DNA of 64,000 bases. It comes from Patescibacteria group bacterium (lineage in GTDB: Bacteria > Patescibacteriota > JAHJAL01). Location: contig JBAZOB010000002.1 of the NCBI GenBank assembly GCA_041648895.1, positions 826-64,825 on the forward strand, written 5' to 3'. Below are positions 39,517 through 50,828 of the stretch, one piece after another. The notes beneath the pieces are model-generated. The model searched no databases and was not told where the DNA came from. It saw nothing but the letters and a program-made list of their open reading frames with translations. Every line of letters starts with the position of its first letter. Position 1 is the first letter of the stretch. The position numbers and the translations under genes are program-made.

Positions 39517-39641
39517 TATCTCCAGATATCCCATTGCCCATGTGTGACATATTCATGTAAAATAAAATAAATAATTATGTTTCCGTATAAACAATTGGTT
39601 TATATCGGAACATAATCGTTTATTTATTCACCTGATTATCA

Positions 39642-40397
39642 ATGGAACCAGTCATCTCACTATCGGCTGAGCCAATTGTGCACCTGGGAAGTCTACCAAT
39701 TACCAATACCTTGATAGTGTCCCTGGTTATTTCCGTTTCGCTGATTATTTTTAGTGTCATTTTTAATTTTTTTATTAAACCGGTCCCATCAGGTATCCAG
39801 AATATAATTGAATCGATATTTGAAGGCGCGCTGGATTTTATTGAATCTGTCTTGCAAGACCGCCAGTTGGCTTATCAATTTTTCCCGGTGGTTTTTACCA
39901 TCTTCCTTTTTGTTATTCTTTCCAACTGGATTGAAATTGTGCCTGGCCTGGGCAGCATTGGCATTTGGGGGGAACATCATGGAGAAACCGTCCTAATTCC
40001 CTTTATCCGTTCATCTTCCGCTGACATGAATGTGACTCTGGCCTTGGCGATCTCGGCCATGCTAGCCGTGCAAATATTTGGCACTGTTAAACTAGGTTTT
40101 AGTGAATACGCGGGCAAATTTCTGGTTAATCCATTCAAACAGCCATATATTATCGGTACTTTTGTGGGTTTACTGGAGATCGTCTCCGAATTTGCCAAGA
40201 TTATTTCTTTTTCCTTTCGTCTTTTTGGCAACATCTTTGCCGGCGAAGTCTTGCTTTTGGTTGTCGGCTTCCTTGTACCCTATATAATCCCTTTACCTTT
40301 TCTTTTTCTGGAAATATTTGTCGGCTTCATTCAGGCGCTGGTTTTTTCCATGCTGACGCTAGTGTTTATTAAAAGCGCGACGACAGCGCATCATTAG
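39642..40397 (+). CDS. atpB: ATP synthase F0 subunit a
   Basis: Essential Arg region 'FSFRLFGNIFAGEVLLLVV', 5-6 TM helices, 251 aa. Confidence 0.85.
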   Translation: MEPVISLSAEPIVHLGSLPITNTLIVSLVISVSLIIFSVIFNFFIKPVPSGIQNIIESIFEGALDFIESVLQDRQLAYQFFPVVFTIFLFVILSNWIEIVPGLGSIGIWGEHHGETVLIPFIRSSSADMNVTLALAISAMLAVQIFGTVKLGFSEYAGKFLVNPFKQPYIIGTFVGLLEIVSEFAKIISFSFRLFGNIFAGEVLLLVVGFLVPYIIPLPFLFLEIFVGFIQALVFSMLTLVFIKSATTAHH

Positions 40398-40407
40398 TCA
40401 TTAGTAA

Positions 40408-40662
<255 letters not shown>

Positions 40663-40743
40663 ATGATAATCTGGTTCTTAGGGTTTGAAAGTTCATAAAA
40701 TTTTTATGAACTTCACAAACTTTATCAACTTTCACTTCAAGCC

Positions 40744-41247
40744 ATGGATTTAATCACTAAATTAGGTATAGACTGGCGTCTTTTGACCGCCCAAATATTA
40801 AATTTTACTGTCTTATTGGTCATTCTAAATTATTTTCTATATAAACCTATTCTAAAAACTTTGCGCGAACGCGAACAAAAAGTTAAAAAAAGTATCGAAG
40901 ATAGCCATAAAATTGAAGAGGAGTTGCTCAAAGTAGCTAAAGAACGAGAAGAAAAACTTAAAACCGCCAAAGTCGAAGCCTCTCATATTATCAAAGAATC
41001 TCAAACTACGGGCGCCGAAGCCAGGGAAAAAATTATCCAGGTGGCCAAAGCCGAAGCCGAACAAATCATCGCCAAAGCCGCCCTTGAATCCAATCAAGCG
41101 GCTGCCGAAATTAAAAATGAAGTCCTGGCTGAACTGGTTGATATTGTCATTTCTGTCACGGAAAAGGTTCTAGATCAAAAAATTACTAACGAAGAAGATA
41201 AAAAACTGATTAGTAAGTCAATCAAATCTATTATCAAAAATAAGTGA
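40744..41247 (+). CDS. atpF: ATP synthase F0 subunit b
   Basis: Single N-terminal TM helix followed by a long charged coiled coil (167 aa), between atpE and atpH. Confidence 0.75.
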   Translation: MDLITKLGIDWRLLTAQILNFTVLLVILNYFLYKPILKTLREREQKVKKSIEDSHKIEEELLKVAKEREEKLKTAKVEASHIIKESQTTGAEAREKIIQVAKAEAEQIIAKAALESNQAAAEIKNEVLAELVDIVISVTEKVLDQKITNEEDKKLISKSIKSIIKNK

Positions 41248-41699
41248 AAATCTCTCCCCAACAATACGCTGCGGCTCTAACTGAATCAATTACCGGGTTG
41301 ACTCCCAGAAAGAGTCAGTCAGTCATGGCTAAATTTGGGCAAATTATTAAGAAACATGGCGACCAATCATTGTCAAAACAAATTATGGCCGAATTTACTG
41401 AAATTATTGATCAACAAAATAAGTCAGGTGAAATCAAAATAATTACCCAAGTGCCTCTCGGTGGCCTAGATGAATTGTCTCAGAAATTGTCTCTCCAAAC
41501 TGGCCGAGAATATCGCCTAATTAATTCTTTGCAAGACGACTTAATTGGCGGCGCTATCATGGTTATTGATAACTTAAAAATTGACTTATCCATTAAAAGC
41601 CGATTGCATAAAGCCAAACAACTTAAGCCAGCTAGGACCCATATTTTGCCCGAATATATTGAGGAAATAATTAAAATCATTCAAAAGAATATTGCCTGA
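41244..41699 (+). CDS. atpH: ATP synthase F1 subunit delta (OSCP), shortened version
   Basis: C-terminal 'LIGGAIMVIDNLKIDLSIKSRL' matches the delta C-terminal motif. 151 aa, overlapping atpF by 4 nt. Confidence 0.65.
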   Translation: MKISPQQYAAALTESITGLTPRKSQSVMAKFGQIIKKHGDQSLSKQIMAEFTEIIDQQNKSGEIKIITQVPLGGLDELSQKLSLQTGREYRLINSLQDDLIGGAIMVIDNLKIDLSIKSRLHKAKQLKPARTHILPEYIEEIIKIIQKNIA

Positions 41700-41769
41700 T
41701 AACTATTTATTAGTCACCAGCGTTAATAATTAGTCATTAGTCATTAGTCATTAGTAATTATTATTCATC

Positions 41770-43293
41770 ATGACCACAAAATTCGACAAAAACACGATTA
41801 TTTCCCAGTTAAAAAAAGAATTATCCAAAATTGATAATGAACCAGCCATCGAAAAAGTTGGCCGGATTATTCAAATTGGTGACGGTATTGCTTTAATTGA
41901 TGGGCTAAACGACGTGATGTCGCAGGAAATTGTCCAATTTTCCAACGGCGAATTCGGTGTCGCGCTCAATCTTAACGAAGACACTGTTGGCGCCATTATT
42001 ATGGGTGAATATGAAAACATCAAAGAAGGTGATGAAGTTAAAAGCACCGGCCGAATTTTATCAGTACCGGTGGATAATAGTCTGATTGGCAGGGTAGTCA
42101 ATCCTTTAGGACAAGTACTGGATGGCAAAAGCGAAATTAAAACTGATACTTATTATCCAATTGAAAAAATCGCCCCCGGTGTTATTACCCGGCAAGAAGT
42201 TAAAGAGCCGGTGCAAACCGGTATCGTGGCTATTGACGGCATTATTCCGATTGGTCGTGGCCAACGCGAGTTAATCATTGGCGATCGCCAAACCGGTAAA
42301 ACTGCTCTGGCCATTGATACCATCATCAATCAAAAAGGCCAAGATATGATCTGTATCTATGTGGCTATCGGCCAGAAAAAATCAAAAATCGCTCAAATTA
42401 TTGATAAATTAAATCAACATGGCGCCATGGATTACACCATTGTTGTTTTGGGTGGCGCTTCCGACTCGGCCGCTTTGAACTACATCGCTCCCTATACCGG
42501 CTGCGCGATTGGTGAATATTTCATGGATCGAGGCAAAGATGTACTCGTAGTCTATGATGACCTATCTAAACATGCCGTTGCTTACCGTCAAATCTCTCTA
42601 CTGCTACGTCGTCCGCCCGGTCGTGAAGCCTATCCGGGTGACGTTTTTTATCTGCACTCTCGTTTGTTAGAAAGAGCTGCCAAATTGGATAAAAATTTTG
42701 GCGGTGGTTCACTCACGGCCTTACCAATCATTGAGACCCAAGCCGGCGATATCTCGGCCTATATCCCCACCAACGTAATCTCCATTACCGACGGTCAAAT
42801 ATTCCTGGAATCAGATCTTTTTTATAAAGGGGTACGGCCAGCTTTAAATATTGGCCTTTCCGTCTCCCGAGTTGGTTCCGCCGCTCAGATTAAAGCCATG
42901 AAAAAAGTAGCCGGCAAACTCAAATTATCTCTAGCCCAATTCCGTGAGTTGGAAGCTTTTGCCCAATTTGGTTCTGATCTGGATGAGGATACTAAAAAAG
43001 CCATTGAACTTGGGCGTCGCATAACCGAAATTCTAAAACAACCCCAATATTCCCCCCTGCCGGTTGGTAAACAAATTGCTATCCTCTACGCCGCCAACAA
43101 CGGTTATCTCGACGATATTGCGGTGTCCAATATTAAACGATTTCAAAATGAGTTCAATGACTACCTCGAAAGTGAGCCGTCACAAGTAGTGAAAGCTATC
43201 ATGGAGAAAAAGGAATTAGATGAAAAGATAGAAAATAATCTCAAAGAAGCGATAGAAGCTTTTAAATCCAGTATTGACTATATTGAAAGTTAA
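41770..43293 (+). CDS. atpA: ATP synthase F1 subunit alpha
   Basis: Walker A '[15 protein letters not shown]', 507 aa, canonical alpha sequence throughout. Confidence 0.95.
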   Translation: MTTKFDKNTIISQLKKELSKIDNEPAIEKVGRIIQIGDGIALIDGLNDVMSQEIVQFSNGEFGVALNLNEDTVGAIIMGEYENIKEGDEVKSTGRILSVPVDNSLIGRVVNPLGQVLDGKSEIKTDTYYPIEKIAPGVITRQEVKEPVQTGIVAIDGIIPIGRGQRELIIGDRQTGKTALAIDTIINQKGQDMICIYVAIGQKKSKIAQIIDKLNQHGAMDYTIVVLGGASDSAALNYIAPYTGCAIGEYFMDRGKDVLVVYDDLSKHAVAYRQISLLLRRPPGREAYPGDVFYLHSRLLERAAKLDKNFGGGSLTALPIIETQAGDISAYIPTNVISITDGQIFLESDLFYKGVRPALNIGLSVSRVGSAAQIKAMKKVAGKLKLSLAQFRELEAFAQFGSDLDEDTKKAIELGRRITEILKQPQYSPLPVGKQIAILYAANNGYLDDIAVSNIKRFQNEFNDYLESEPSQVVKAIMEKKELDEKIENNLKEAIEAFKSSIDYIES

Positions 43294-43384
43294 TTTCCTT
43301 CATTGAAAATTAGAAATTAGAAATTGAAAATTCATCAACTAGGGCAACATATCGGTAACGTATTCATAAACATATAATTGTCCC

Positions 43385-44305
43385 ATGTCCAACACGCGCG
43401 AAATAAAACGTCGAATAAAATCGATCCAAAGTACGCAAAAAATCACCAAAGCCATGGAAATGGTAGCGGCGGCTAAAATGCGTAAAGCCGTTGATCAAGT
43501 TTTAATCTCTCGGCACTATTCCAATATCGCCTGGGAAATTATCCAAAAAATCGCCACTAGTGAGGTGCAGCACAAGCACCCATTATTGCGAGAAATCAAA
43601 AACGTTAAAAAAGTAGCTATCCTAACCATTGCCTCTAATCGAGGTTTATGTGGAGGCTTCAATAGTAATCTTTTCAAAACTGCTCTTGCCGCCTGTCAAA
43701 AACTTTCCGCCAATCAAATCGAATTCGAATTTATCACTTTTGGTAAACAAATCGCCGCCGAAATCAGGAAAAAGAATTTAAATATTGTCGCCGATTTTGC
43801 CAAACCGGATTTATTGCAAAACATTACCACCGTTTCACCCATCGCGCACATTTTATTGGATGGTTTTATCTCCAAAAAATATCAGCAAGTTTTGTTGGTC
43901 TACACTGACTTCCAATCATCTCTCAAACAAACTCCAGTCGTTAAACAATTATTACCTTTAAAAACTACTGCCGATCAAGATCTGGGCGTGGTTGGACCAC
44001 AATCTACTAAAAAATCATATTCCCAGACCCCCGCCGATACTCATGAAATTATTGAATATAAATTTGAACCATCACCCGCCCACGTTCTCGATGAAATCTT
44101 GCCGCGTATCCTCGAAATACAAGTTTATCAAGCCGTGTTAGAATCAGATGCTTCCGAACACTCCGCCCGCATGATGGCCATGAAAAACGCTCACACTGCC
44201 GCCACTGACGTGATTGATTCATTAACTCTAGCCTACAATCAAGCTCGCCAGGCCGCCATCACGCAAGAAATTGCCGAAATCGTGGCTGGCGCGAACGCGA
44301 TTTAA
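43385..44305 (+). CDS. atpG: ATP synthase F1 subunit gamma
   Basis: 'IKRRIKSIQSTQKITKAMEMVAAAKMRKA' N-terminal helix and C-terminal 'ITQEIAEIVAGANA'. Length is 306 aa. Confidence 0.85.
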   Translation: MSNTREIKRRIKSIQSTQKITKAMEMVAAAKMRKAVDQVLISRHYSNIAWEIIQKIATSEVQHKHPLLREIKNVKKVAILTIASNRGLCGGFNSNLFKTALAACQKLSANQIEFEFITFGKQIAAEIRKKNLNIVADFAKPDLLQNITTVSPIAHILLDGFISKKYQQVLLVYTDFQSSLKQTPVVKQLLPLKTTADQDLGVVGPQSTKKSYSQTPADTHEIIEYKFEPSPAHVLDEILPRILEIQVYQAVLESDASEHSARMMAMKNAHTAATDVIDSLTLAYNQARQAAITQEIAEIVAGANAI

Positions 44306-44327
44306 TTCTTCATTTTTCATTAATTAA

Positions 44328-45716
<1,389 letters not shown>

Positions 45717-45765
45717 TTGTTTAAGTTATATAAAATGAATTATTCATTCCACCTAGTTTATTAAT

Positions 45766-46188
45766 ATGACCAAAATTAATTTCCAAATTATTACTCCCGA
45801 ACGCACCCTCTTTTCCGAGGAGGTAGACGCCGTGACCTTAAAAACCACTGAAGGCGAAATTACTGTTTTACCCGGGCATATCCCAATTATTACTACCTTA
45901 GCACCAGGAGAATTACGCTTTATAAAAGATAATGAAGAAGTACCCATGGTAGTACTGGGCGGTTTTGCTGAAATTACCAAGACATCAGTTATTGTCCTGG
46001 CTGACGCGGCCGAGAAAGTGGAAGAAATTATCGAAGAACGTGCCTTGGCAGCCAAAAAACAAGCCGAAGAACTCAAGCAAAAGAAAATTGGCGACCAGAC
46101 TGAATTTACCGCTCTTTCCGCTCAGATCGAAAGGGAGTTAGCCAGACTTAAGGTAGCGGAGAAATATAAGAAAAGGAGAAAAATATGA
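45766..46188 (+). CDS. atpC: ATP synthase F1 subunit epsilon
   Basis: 'INFQIITPERTLFSEEVDAVTLKTTEGEITVLPGHIPIITTLAPGELRF' beta-sandwich plus a C-terminal helical hairpin. Length is 140 aa. Confidence 0.85.
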   Translation: MTKINFQIITPERTLFSEEVDAVTLKTTEGEITVLPGHIPIITTLAPGELRFIKDNEEVPMVVLGGFAEITKTSVIVLADAAEKVEEIIEERALAAKKQAEELKQKKIGDQTEFTALSAQIERELARLKVAEKYKKRRKI

Positions 46189-46616
46189 AAACCTATCAAT
46201 TTGAAGACTTTCACGAAGTCGAGGCGGCTGTCGTCTTCTGCGTTGACCCTCGATTTTGGCGCCAAACCATTCAATTCGTTGATGAGGAGCTGGGCATAAA
46301 AAAATTTGATCCCTACACCTATCCTGGTGGACCCTTATGCTTGGCTCGTCCCGAAAGCATGCAACTTTATCTTGATAATATCAAAGCTGCTTCTTTAGAA
46401 CTTCACCACGCTAAAAAAATCATCTTGATCAGTCACGATAAATGCGGCGGCTACCGTCTGATTGAAGGCGTGGAAGGTGAAGAAGCCACCTCTCGTCAAA
46501 AGACTCATCTCGACAGCATCAAAGCTAAATTTATGGAACAATTTCCCGATATCGCAGTCGAAGCCTATTTGCTTAAAATTGTCTCGGATAACGAGATTGC
46601 TTTCGAAAAAATGTAG
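46185..46616 (+). CDS. Hypothetical Cys/His-motif protein (143 aa) with CxDPR and SHDKCGGY motifs, translationally coupled to atpC. Paralogous to the C-terminal half of 47324..48274.
   Basis: ATGA overlap with the atpC stop. 'VVFCVDPRF' and 'ILISHDKCGGYRL' are about 56 aa apart, a spacing and residue pattern reminiscent of the beta-carbonic-anhydrase zinc ligands (CxDxR / HxxCGG). The family is otherwise unassigned. Confidence 0.5.
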   Translation: MKTYQFEDFHEVEAAVVFCVDPRFWRQTIQFVDEELGIKKFDPYTYPGGPLCLARPESMQLYLDNIKAASLELHHAKKIILISHDKCGGYRLIEGVEGEEATSRQKTHLDSIKAKFMEQFPDIAVEAYLLKIVSDNEIAFEKM

Positions 46617-46759
46617 ATTATCGGTCAAAACTATTGGCTTGTCAGCCTTTCATCCCCGCCAGCCAGCGGGGATATTATATTTGACAATAACGGATATTCG
46701 ATATTATTGTATTAGATAAACATGGTTAACATTATGAAAACACCTATAAACTGAATATT

Positions 46760-47266
46760 ATGAAATTATCTCGCCACTTTGATTCTTCACCCGCCAATAT
46801 CCATCATTGGAAAGAACTGATCAAAATCAATCACCAGGAAAAAAAGCATCCAGAAAATGAAACGGAGCATGAGCCATTTGATCTTGATTATCATGAATAT
46901 CGATTCGTCAAACCGGAAAGCCGACGTTCAAACTGTCCTGATTTAAAAAAATCCGCCAAAGAAGAAATGCTATCAATTACCAAACAATATTTTCAAAAGA
47001 TTGTTTGCAAAAATATTATTAATGGTTTCAAACGAAATCGTCCCTGTGCCCCAAATCATCTAAAATTATTTCTGCGTTCGCCCGAAGATAAAAAATATTT
47101 CAAAAAAATATTGATGGAAGAATTTATATCAGCCATCAAAAAAGGCCATGATATCTCCCATTTCCACACCGTCTTTATTGCTCTCTCCAGTGACGATTCG
47201 GTGTTTAAACTACTGAAGAAAATCATCGACACCAAGAACAAATTCGAGGACAAACAGAATCCATAA
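46760..47266 (+). CDS. Hypothetical protein (168 aa, basic, Cys/His-containing)
   Basis: Clean ORF between the two paralogous CxDP/CGGY genes. No recognisable motif. Confidence 0.4.
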   Translation: MKLSRHFDSSPANIHHWKELIKINHQEKKHPENETEHEPFDLDYHEYRFVKPESRRSNCPDLKKSAKEEMLSITKQYFQKIVCKNIINGFKRNRPCAPNHLKLFLRSPEDKKYFKKILMEEFISAIKKGHDISHFHTVFIALSSDDSVFKLLKKIIDTKNKFEDKQNP

Positions 47267-47323
47267 TCATTATCATACTAATCAGATTTAGCGTTATTTT
47301 TTTATTTATTAACATATTAGACT

Positions 47324-48274
47324 ATGTCATTATCATTGCTTGAACAAAAAGAATTAGCTCCAGAAAATGGTTTGGACAATTTATCTAAAGAAAATTTTTA
47401 TTTTGAAAAAAATACTAAACCCGTTGACATTGCCCTAATCAGTTTTCTAGACCACAATCACCAAATGAATCCCGAGGAAGTATTGCGCAACGTCAGAATT
47501 AACTGCAAAAACATCAAAAATCTATCCCCATCAGATAACCGTAAAATTGATGGCTACTTTTTACCTAGTGACCCAACATTATATCAATCAACAAATCATG
47601 AATTCGTCGATTTTATAACTCAAAGCATCGCCGATGCATCGATTGACGCCCATCAAGCCGAAAATTTTATTTTCTATGATCAAGAAGGGTGCAAAGTACG
47701 AGAATACTTTTATCAAGAATTAGAAAAGAAAATTGATCGAAAAAATAAATTTAGAAAAAGCACGGCCATATATCATTTCGCCAGAGTAGGTAATAATTTA
47801 TCTGTTGACGCGAAGGTTTCTCAACCCGATGGTATTATTTTTGTCTGCATTGACCCCAACTTAATTGAACAATCATTGACCAAAATTGTTAAAAGTTATG
47901 GTTTTAAAAAATATCAAGTAGTTGGCTTGCCTGGTAGCGCTTATAGTATGGTCAGGCCCGAAACTAAGGAAATTTTAACAGATTATATAAAAAATTATCC
48001 TTTGGCCAGAGCCGTTTTTTGTTCACATGGGCCCTCTCCCGACCAGAAACAAGATGAGCCATGCTATAACTGTGGCGGTTATCAGCTCTTTGAACATATA
48101 ACTGGTATTGAAGCCTATCAACAAGCCAAGCGAGATTTGCAACAAGTCAAAAGCGAATTAAAGAAAAACAATATAACTAAAGTGGACACCGTCATCAACA
48201 TGGCGCAATATATGGGCCAAGGTAGCGCGGCAGATTCAAAACTCTATAAGGCAACGTTCGAAATTGTGGCTTAA
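47324..48274 (+). CDS. Hypothetical protein (316 aa). Its C-terminal half is a paralog of the 46185..46616 product (CxDPN and SH...CYNCGGYQL motifs).
   Basis: 'IIFVCIDPN' aligns with 'VVFCVDPR', 'GFKKY' with 'GIKKF', 'VRPET' with 'ARPES', and 'AVFCSHGP...CYNCGGYQLFE' with 'IILISHDKCGGYRLIE'. Confidence 0.5.
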   Translation: MSLSLLEQKELAPENGLDNLSKENFYFEKNTKPVDIALISFLDHNHQMNPEEVLRNVRINCKNIKNLSPSDNRKIDGYFLPSDPTLYQSTNHEFVDFITQSIADASIDAHQAENFIFYDQEGCKVREYFYQELEKKIDRKNKFRKSTAIYHFARVGNNLSVDAKVSQPDGIIFVCIDPNLIEQSLTKIVKSYGFKKYQVVGLPGSAYSMVRPETKEILTDYIKNYPLARAVFCSHGPSPDQKQDEPCYNCGGYQLFEHITGIEAYQQAKRDLQQVKSELKKNNITKVDTVINMAQYMGQGSAADSKLYKATFEIVA

Positions 48275-48287
48275 GCCCAAAATCTTG

Positions 48288-48740
48288 TCAATCAGTGAAA
48301 TCCCAGTGTAAAACTTTGACAATTTTCCGTCGGCCGCCATAGTCCCAGCCATGACGCACCACTTTTTTCAATTTCCAATTATTACTAATCGCTTTCTTGT
48401 CGCCGACATAGAATCCAATATGTGGATGCTTGTATCCAATTTGTTTACGTTCCCAAACCAAGACATCGCCTGCCTGGATATCCACCAAATCAACCTCATG
48501 CCAGCCATATTTAAGCATAGCCTCAATGGCCGCCTTCACGGTGGCTTTTTGTTCATCAATCAAATTATGCAATTTCAACACCCCCGTCACAAAGACCGCG
48601 CAGCTTAATTCGCCCCTATTTAAAATCTCTTTCTCTTGCTGATTATCATTCACCCATAACTCGCGGAACATCTCTGACCCGACCGCGTTGTTGATCATGG
48701 ATAAATAATTTTTTTTCTTATTTATATTTAAATTGTTCAT
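48288..48740 (-). CDS. NlpC/P60-superfamily-like papain-fold protein (putative cysteine peptidase/amidase)
   Basis: Candidate Cys nucleophile in 'GELSCAVFVTGV' and His in 'HPHIGFYVGDKKAISNN', similar to the NlpC/P60 'HVGIYxGNGxxIHA' region. No signal peptide seen. Confidence 0.4.
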   Translation of the reverse strand: MNNLNINKKKNYLSMINNAVGSEMFRELWVNDNQQEKEILNRGELSCAVFVTGVLKLHNLIDEQKATVKAAIEAMLKYGWHEVDLVDIQAGDVLVWERKQIGYKHPHIGFYVGDKKAISNNWKLKKVVRHGWDYGGRRKIVKVLHWDFTD

Positions 48741-48869
48741 AATCTAAATCTTATCATTTCTCATTCCTAATTTCTAATTCCTGATTTTATTTATCAATAA
48801 ATTGCATCCGCGACAAAAATTAACTAAAATAAATTATGTAACGTTTTCCATCCGTGAAGAAAGAAAAAC

Positions 48870-49796
48870 ATGATGATTAAAATAAAAAATTTAAGCAAAA
48901 ACTACGGTATTACCAAAGCCTTGGACGGTATTAGTTTTGAAGTCAATCAAGGTGAAATAGTTGGTTTACTTGGTCCAAATGGTGCCGGGAAAACCACCGC
49001 CATGCGTATTATCACCGGATTCTTGCCACCTACTAGTGGTCAAGTAGAAATTGATAATATCAATGTTGTTGAGCATCCCGAGAAAGTGCAAAGCCAAATC
49101 GGCTATTTACCCGAAACCGCCGCTCTCTATCATGATTTGTCCGTGCGTGAACATCTGGAATACGCCGCCGCCATTCATGGTCTGGTGGGTGACGAGCAAA
49201 AGCAAGCCATCAAAAATATCGCCCAGGCCTGCGGCATTGCTGATAAACTATATTTTGACGTCTCCGAATTATCCAAAGGTTACAAACAACGGGTCGCTTT
49301 AGCCCAGGCTCTCATCCATAATCCTAAAATTCTTATTCTCGATGAACCATCCACTGGACTCGATCCTAACCAAATAATTGAAATACGCGATCTGATCAAA
49401 AAACTTAGCGAAGAAAAAACCATCATCCTCTCCACTCACATCATGCAGGAAGTGGAAGCCCTTTGCAGCCGAGTGGTATTAATAAACAAAGGGAAAATCG
49501 TTGCCGACGGCTCGGTCGCCGAATTAAAACATGGCCAAAACGCCGTTCATCAAATCAACGTGACTATCAAAGGCAATCAAGAAGAAATCTGGCATCATCT
49601 CAAAAATATCGCCGGCATCACCAGCGCGCAACAAATCAAGCACCCCGACAAAGGTGTCGGTGTCTACACCATTAACGCCGATCAAGATATCCGCTCCGAC
49701 ATCAATAAAACCATGATCAAGGCCGGCTATGACATCCTCGAAATCGCCGCCAAAGAAAATACCATGGAAGATGTTTTTCATGAATTAACCAAATAG
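48870..49796 (+). CDS. ABC transporter ATP-binding protein (GldA-like ABC-2 exporter ATPase)
   Basis: Walker A 'GLLGPNGAGKTT', signature 'LSKGYKQRVALAQAL', Walker B 'ILILDEPSTGLD'. Length is 308 aa. Confidence 0.85.
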   Translation: MMIKIKNLSKNYGITKALDGISFEVNQGEIVGLLGPNGAGKTTAMRIITGFLPPTSGQVEIDNINVVEHPEKVQSQIGYLPETAALYHDLSVREHLEYAAAIHGLVGDEQKQAIKNIAQACGIADKLYFDVSELSKGYKQRVALAQALIHNPKILILDEPSTGLDPNQIIEIRDLIKKLSEEKTIILSTHIMQEVEALCSRVVLINKGKIVADGSVAELKHGQNAVHQINVTIKGNQEEIWHHLKNIAGITSAQQIKHPDKGVGVYTINADQDIRSDINKTMIKAGYDILEIAAKENTMEDVFHELTK

Positions 49797-49804
49797 AAGA
49801 TTAT

Positions 49805-49885
49805 GTGAGCAGTGAACAGTGAACAGTGAACAGTAAAAAACTGAATTACTTGTTATTTACTCACTGCTCACTGCTCACTGTTCAC
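49805..49885. repeat. 81-bp palindrome built from tandem GTGAACAG octamers, in the intergenic region between co-oriented ABC genes
   Basis: The sequence gtgagcagtgaacagtgaacagtgaacagtaaa...tttactcactgctcactgctcactgttcac forms a ~30-bp stem. Confidence 0.7.
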
Positions 49886-49905
49886 TTCTAACTTATCATT
49901 ATCAT

Positions 49906-50628
49906 ATGCCATCCAAATTAACTCAACTAAAAGCCATTATCCAAAAAGAGCTGCGAGTTTATTTCAACTCACCCATTGCCTATATCTTTTTAGTCGCCTT
50001 TTTGGGTTTTACTTTCTGGTTGTTTTTCCGTAATTTCTTCTTGGTTGGTCAGGCCGATGTGCAATACATGTTCGATGTTTTACCTTGGATCTACTTATTG
50101 CTTATCCCCGCCATGACCATGCGCCTCTGGGCGGAAGAAAAACGCGGTGGCACAATTGAAAATCTCTTAACTTCTTCCGCTCCCTTGTCCATCTCCGTTT
50201 TGGCCAAATTTATTGCCAGTTTAATTTTCTTGCTAATTACCCTGGCAGCCACTTTACCCCTGCCGCTTATTGTTTCTTCTTTAGGCCCGCTGGATTGGGG
50301 GGCCACCTTGGCTGCTTATCTGGGAGCGATTTTACTCGGCAGTAGCTATATAGCTCTGGGATTATTATTGAGCTCGATTACCAATAACCAAATCGTCGCC
50401 TACATTATCTCCTCTCTGGCTTGTTTCGCTTTATTTATCATTGCCCAACCGCTCGTGACTATTTCTTTGCCGGCCTTCATTATTCCAGTCGTCGACTTTA
50501 TTAGTTTCGGCTCCCACTATGATTCCATTGTCCGCGGCGTTGTCGACACCCGAGATTTAATATATTACCTTTCTTTTATTGGGTTAATGTTATATTTAAA
50601 TGCTTATGTTTTATTCGCAAAAAAATAA
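49906..50628 (+). CDS. ABC-2 family transporter permease (GldF-like)
   Basis: 6 TM helices, 240 aa, immediately downstream of the ABC ATPase. Confidence 0.7.
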   Translation: MPSKLTQLKAIIQKELRVYFNSPIAYIFLVAFLGFTFWLFFRNFFLVGQADVQYMFDVLPWIYLLLIPAMTMRLWAEEKRGGTIENLLTSSAPLSISVLAKFIASLIFLLITLAATLPLPLIVSSLGPLDWGATLAAYLGAILLGSSYIALGLLLSSITNNQIVAYIISSLACFALFIIAQPLVTISLPAFIIPVVDFISFGSHYDSIVRGVVDTRDLIYYLSFIGLMLYLNAYVLFAKK

Positions 50629-50661
50629 AAATTAATGAGTTGTGCTAATTAGTCGTTCCCC

Positions 50662-50766
50662 TGTCATCCCCGACCGGAAGCGGAGCGTTCCGGTTATCGG
50701 GGATCTCATCAATAAGGCGTTTAACAAAACTTAATGATGAGATCCCCGCTCAAGGCGGGGATGACA
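50662..50766. repeat. MITE-like palindromic element (TGTCATCC...GGATGACA family), >95% identical to the copy at 16994-17098
   Basis: Same ~105-bp sequence with 3 substitutions. It lies between the permease and gldG-like genes. Confidence 0.75.
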
Positions 50767-50828
50767 TGAGAGAGATGGTTAATTCACGCCACTCATTAAT
50801 TCTTAATTTCTAATTCCTAATTAAATTA

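Noticed and set aside
46185-46616. Outright annotation of the 143-aa protein as a beta-carbonic anhydrase
   Set aside because: Only the two metal-ligand motifs and their spacing match. The rest of the sequence shows no recognisable beta-CA similarity, and the paralog has CxDPN instead of CxDxR. It is kept as a hypothesis in the findings rather than a feature call.
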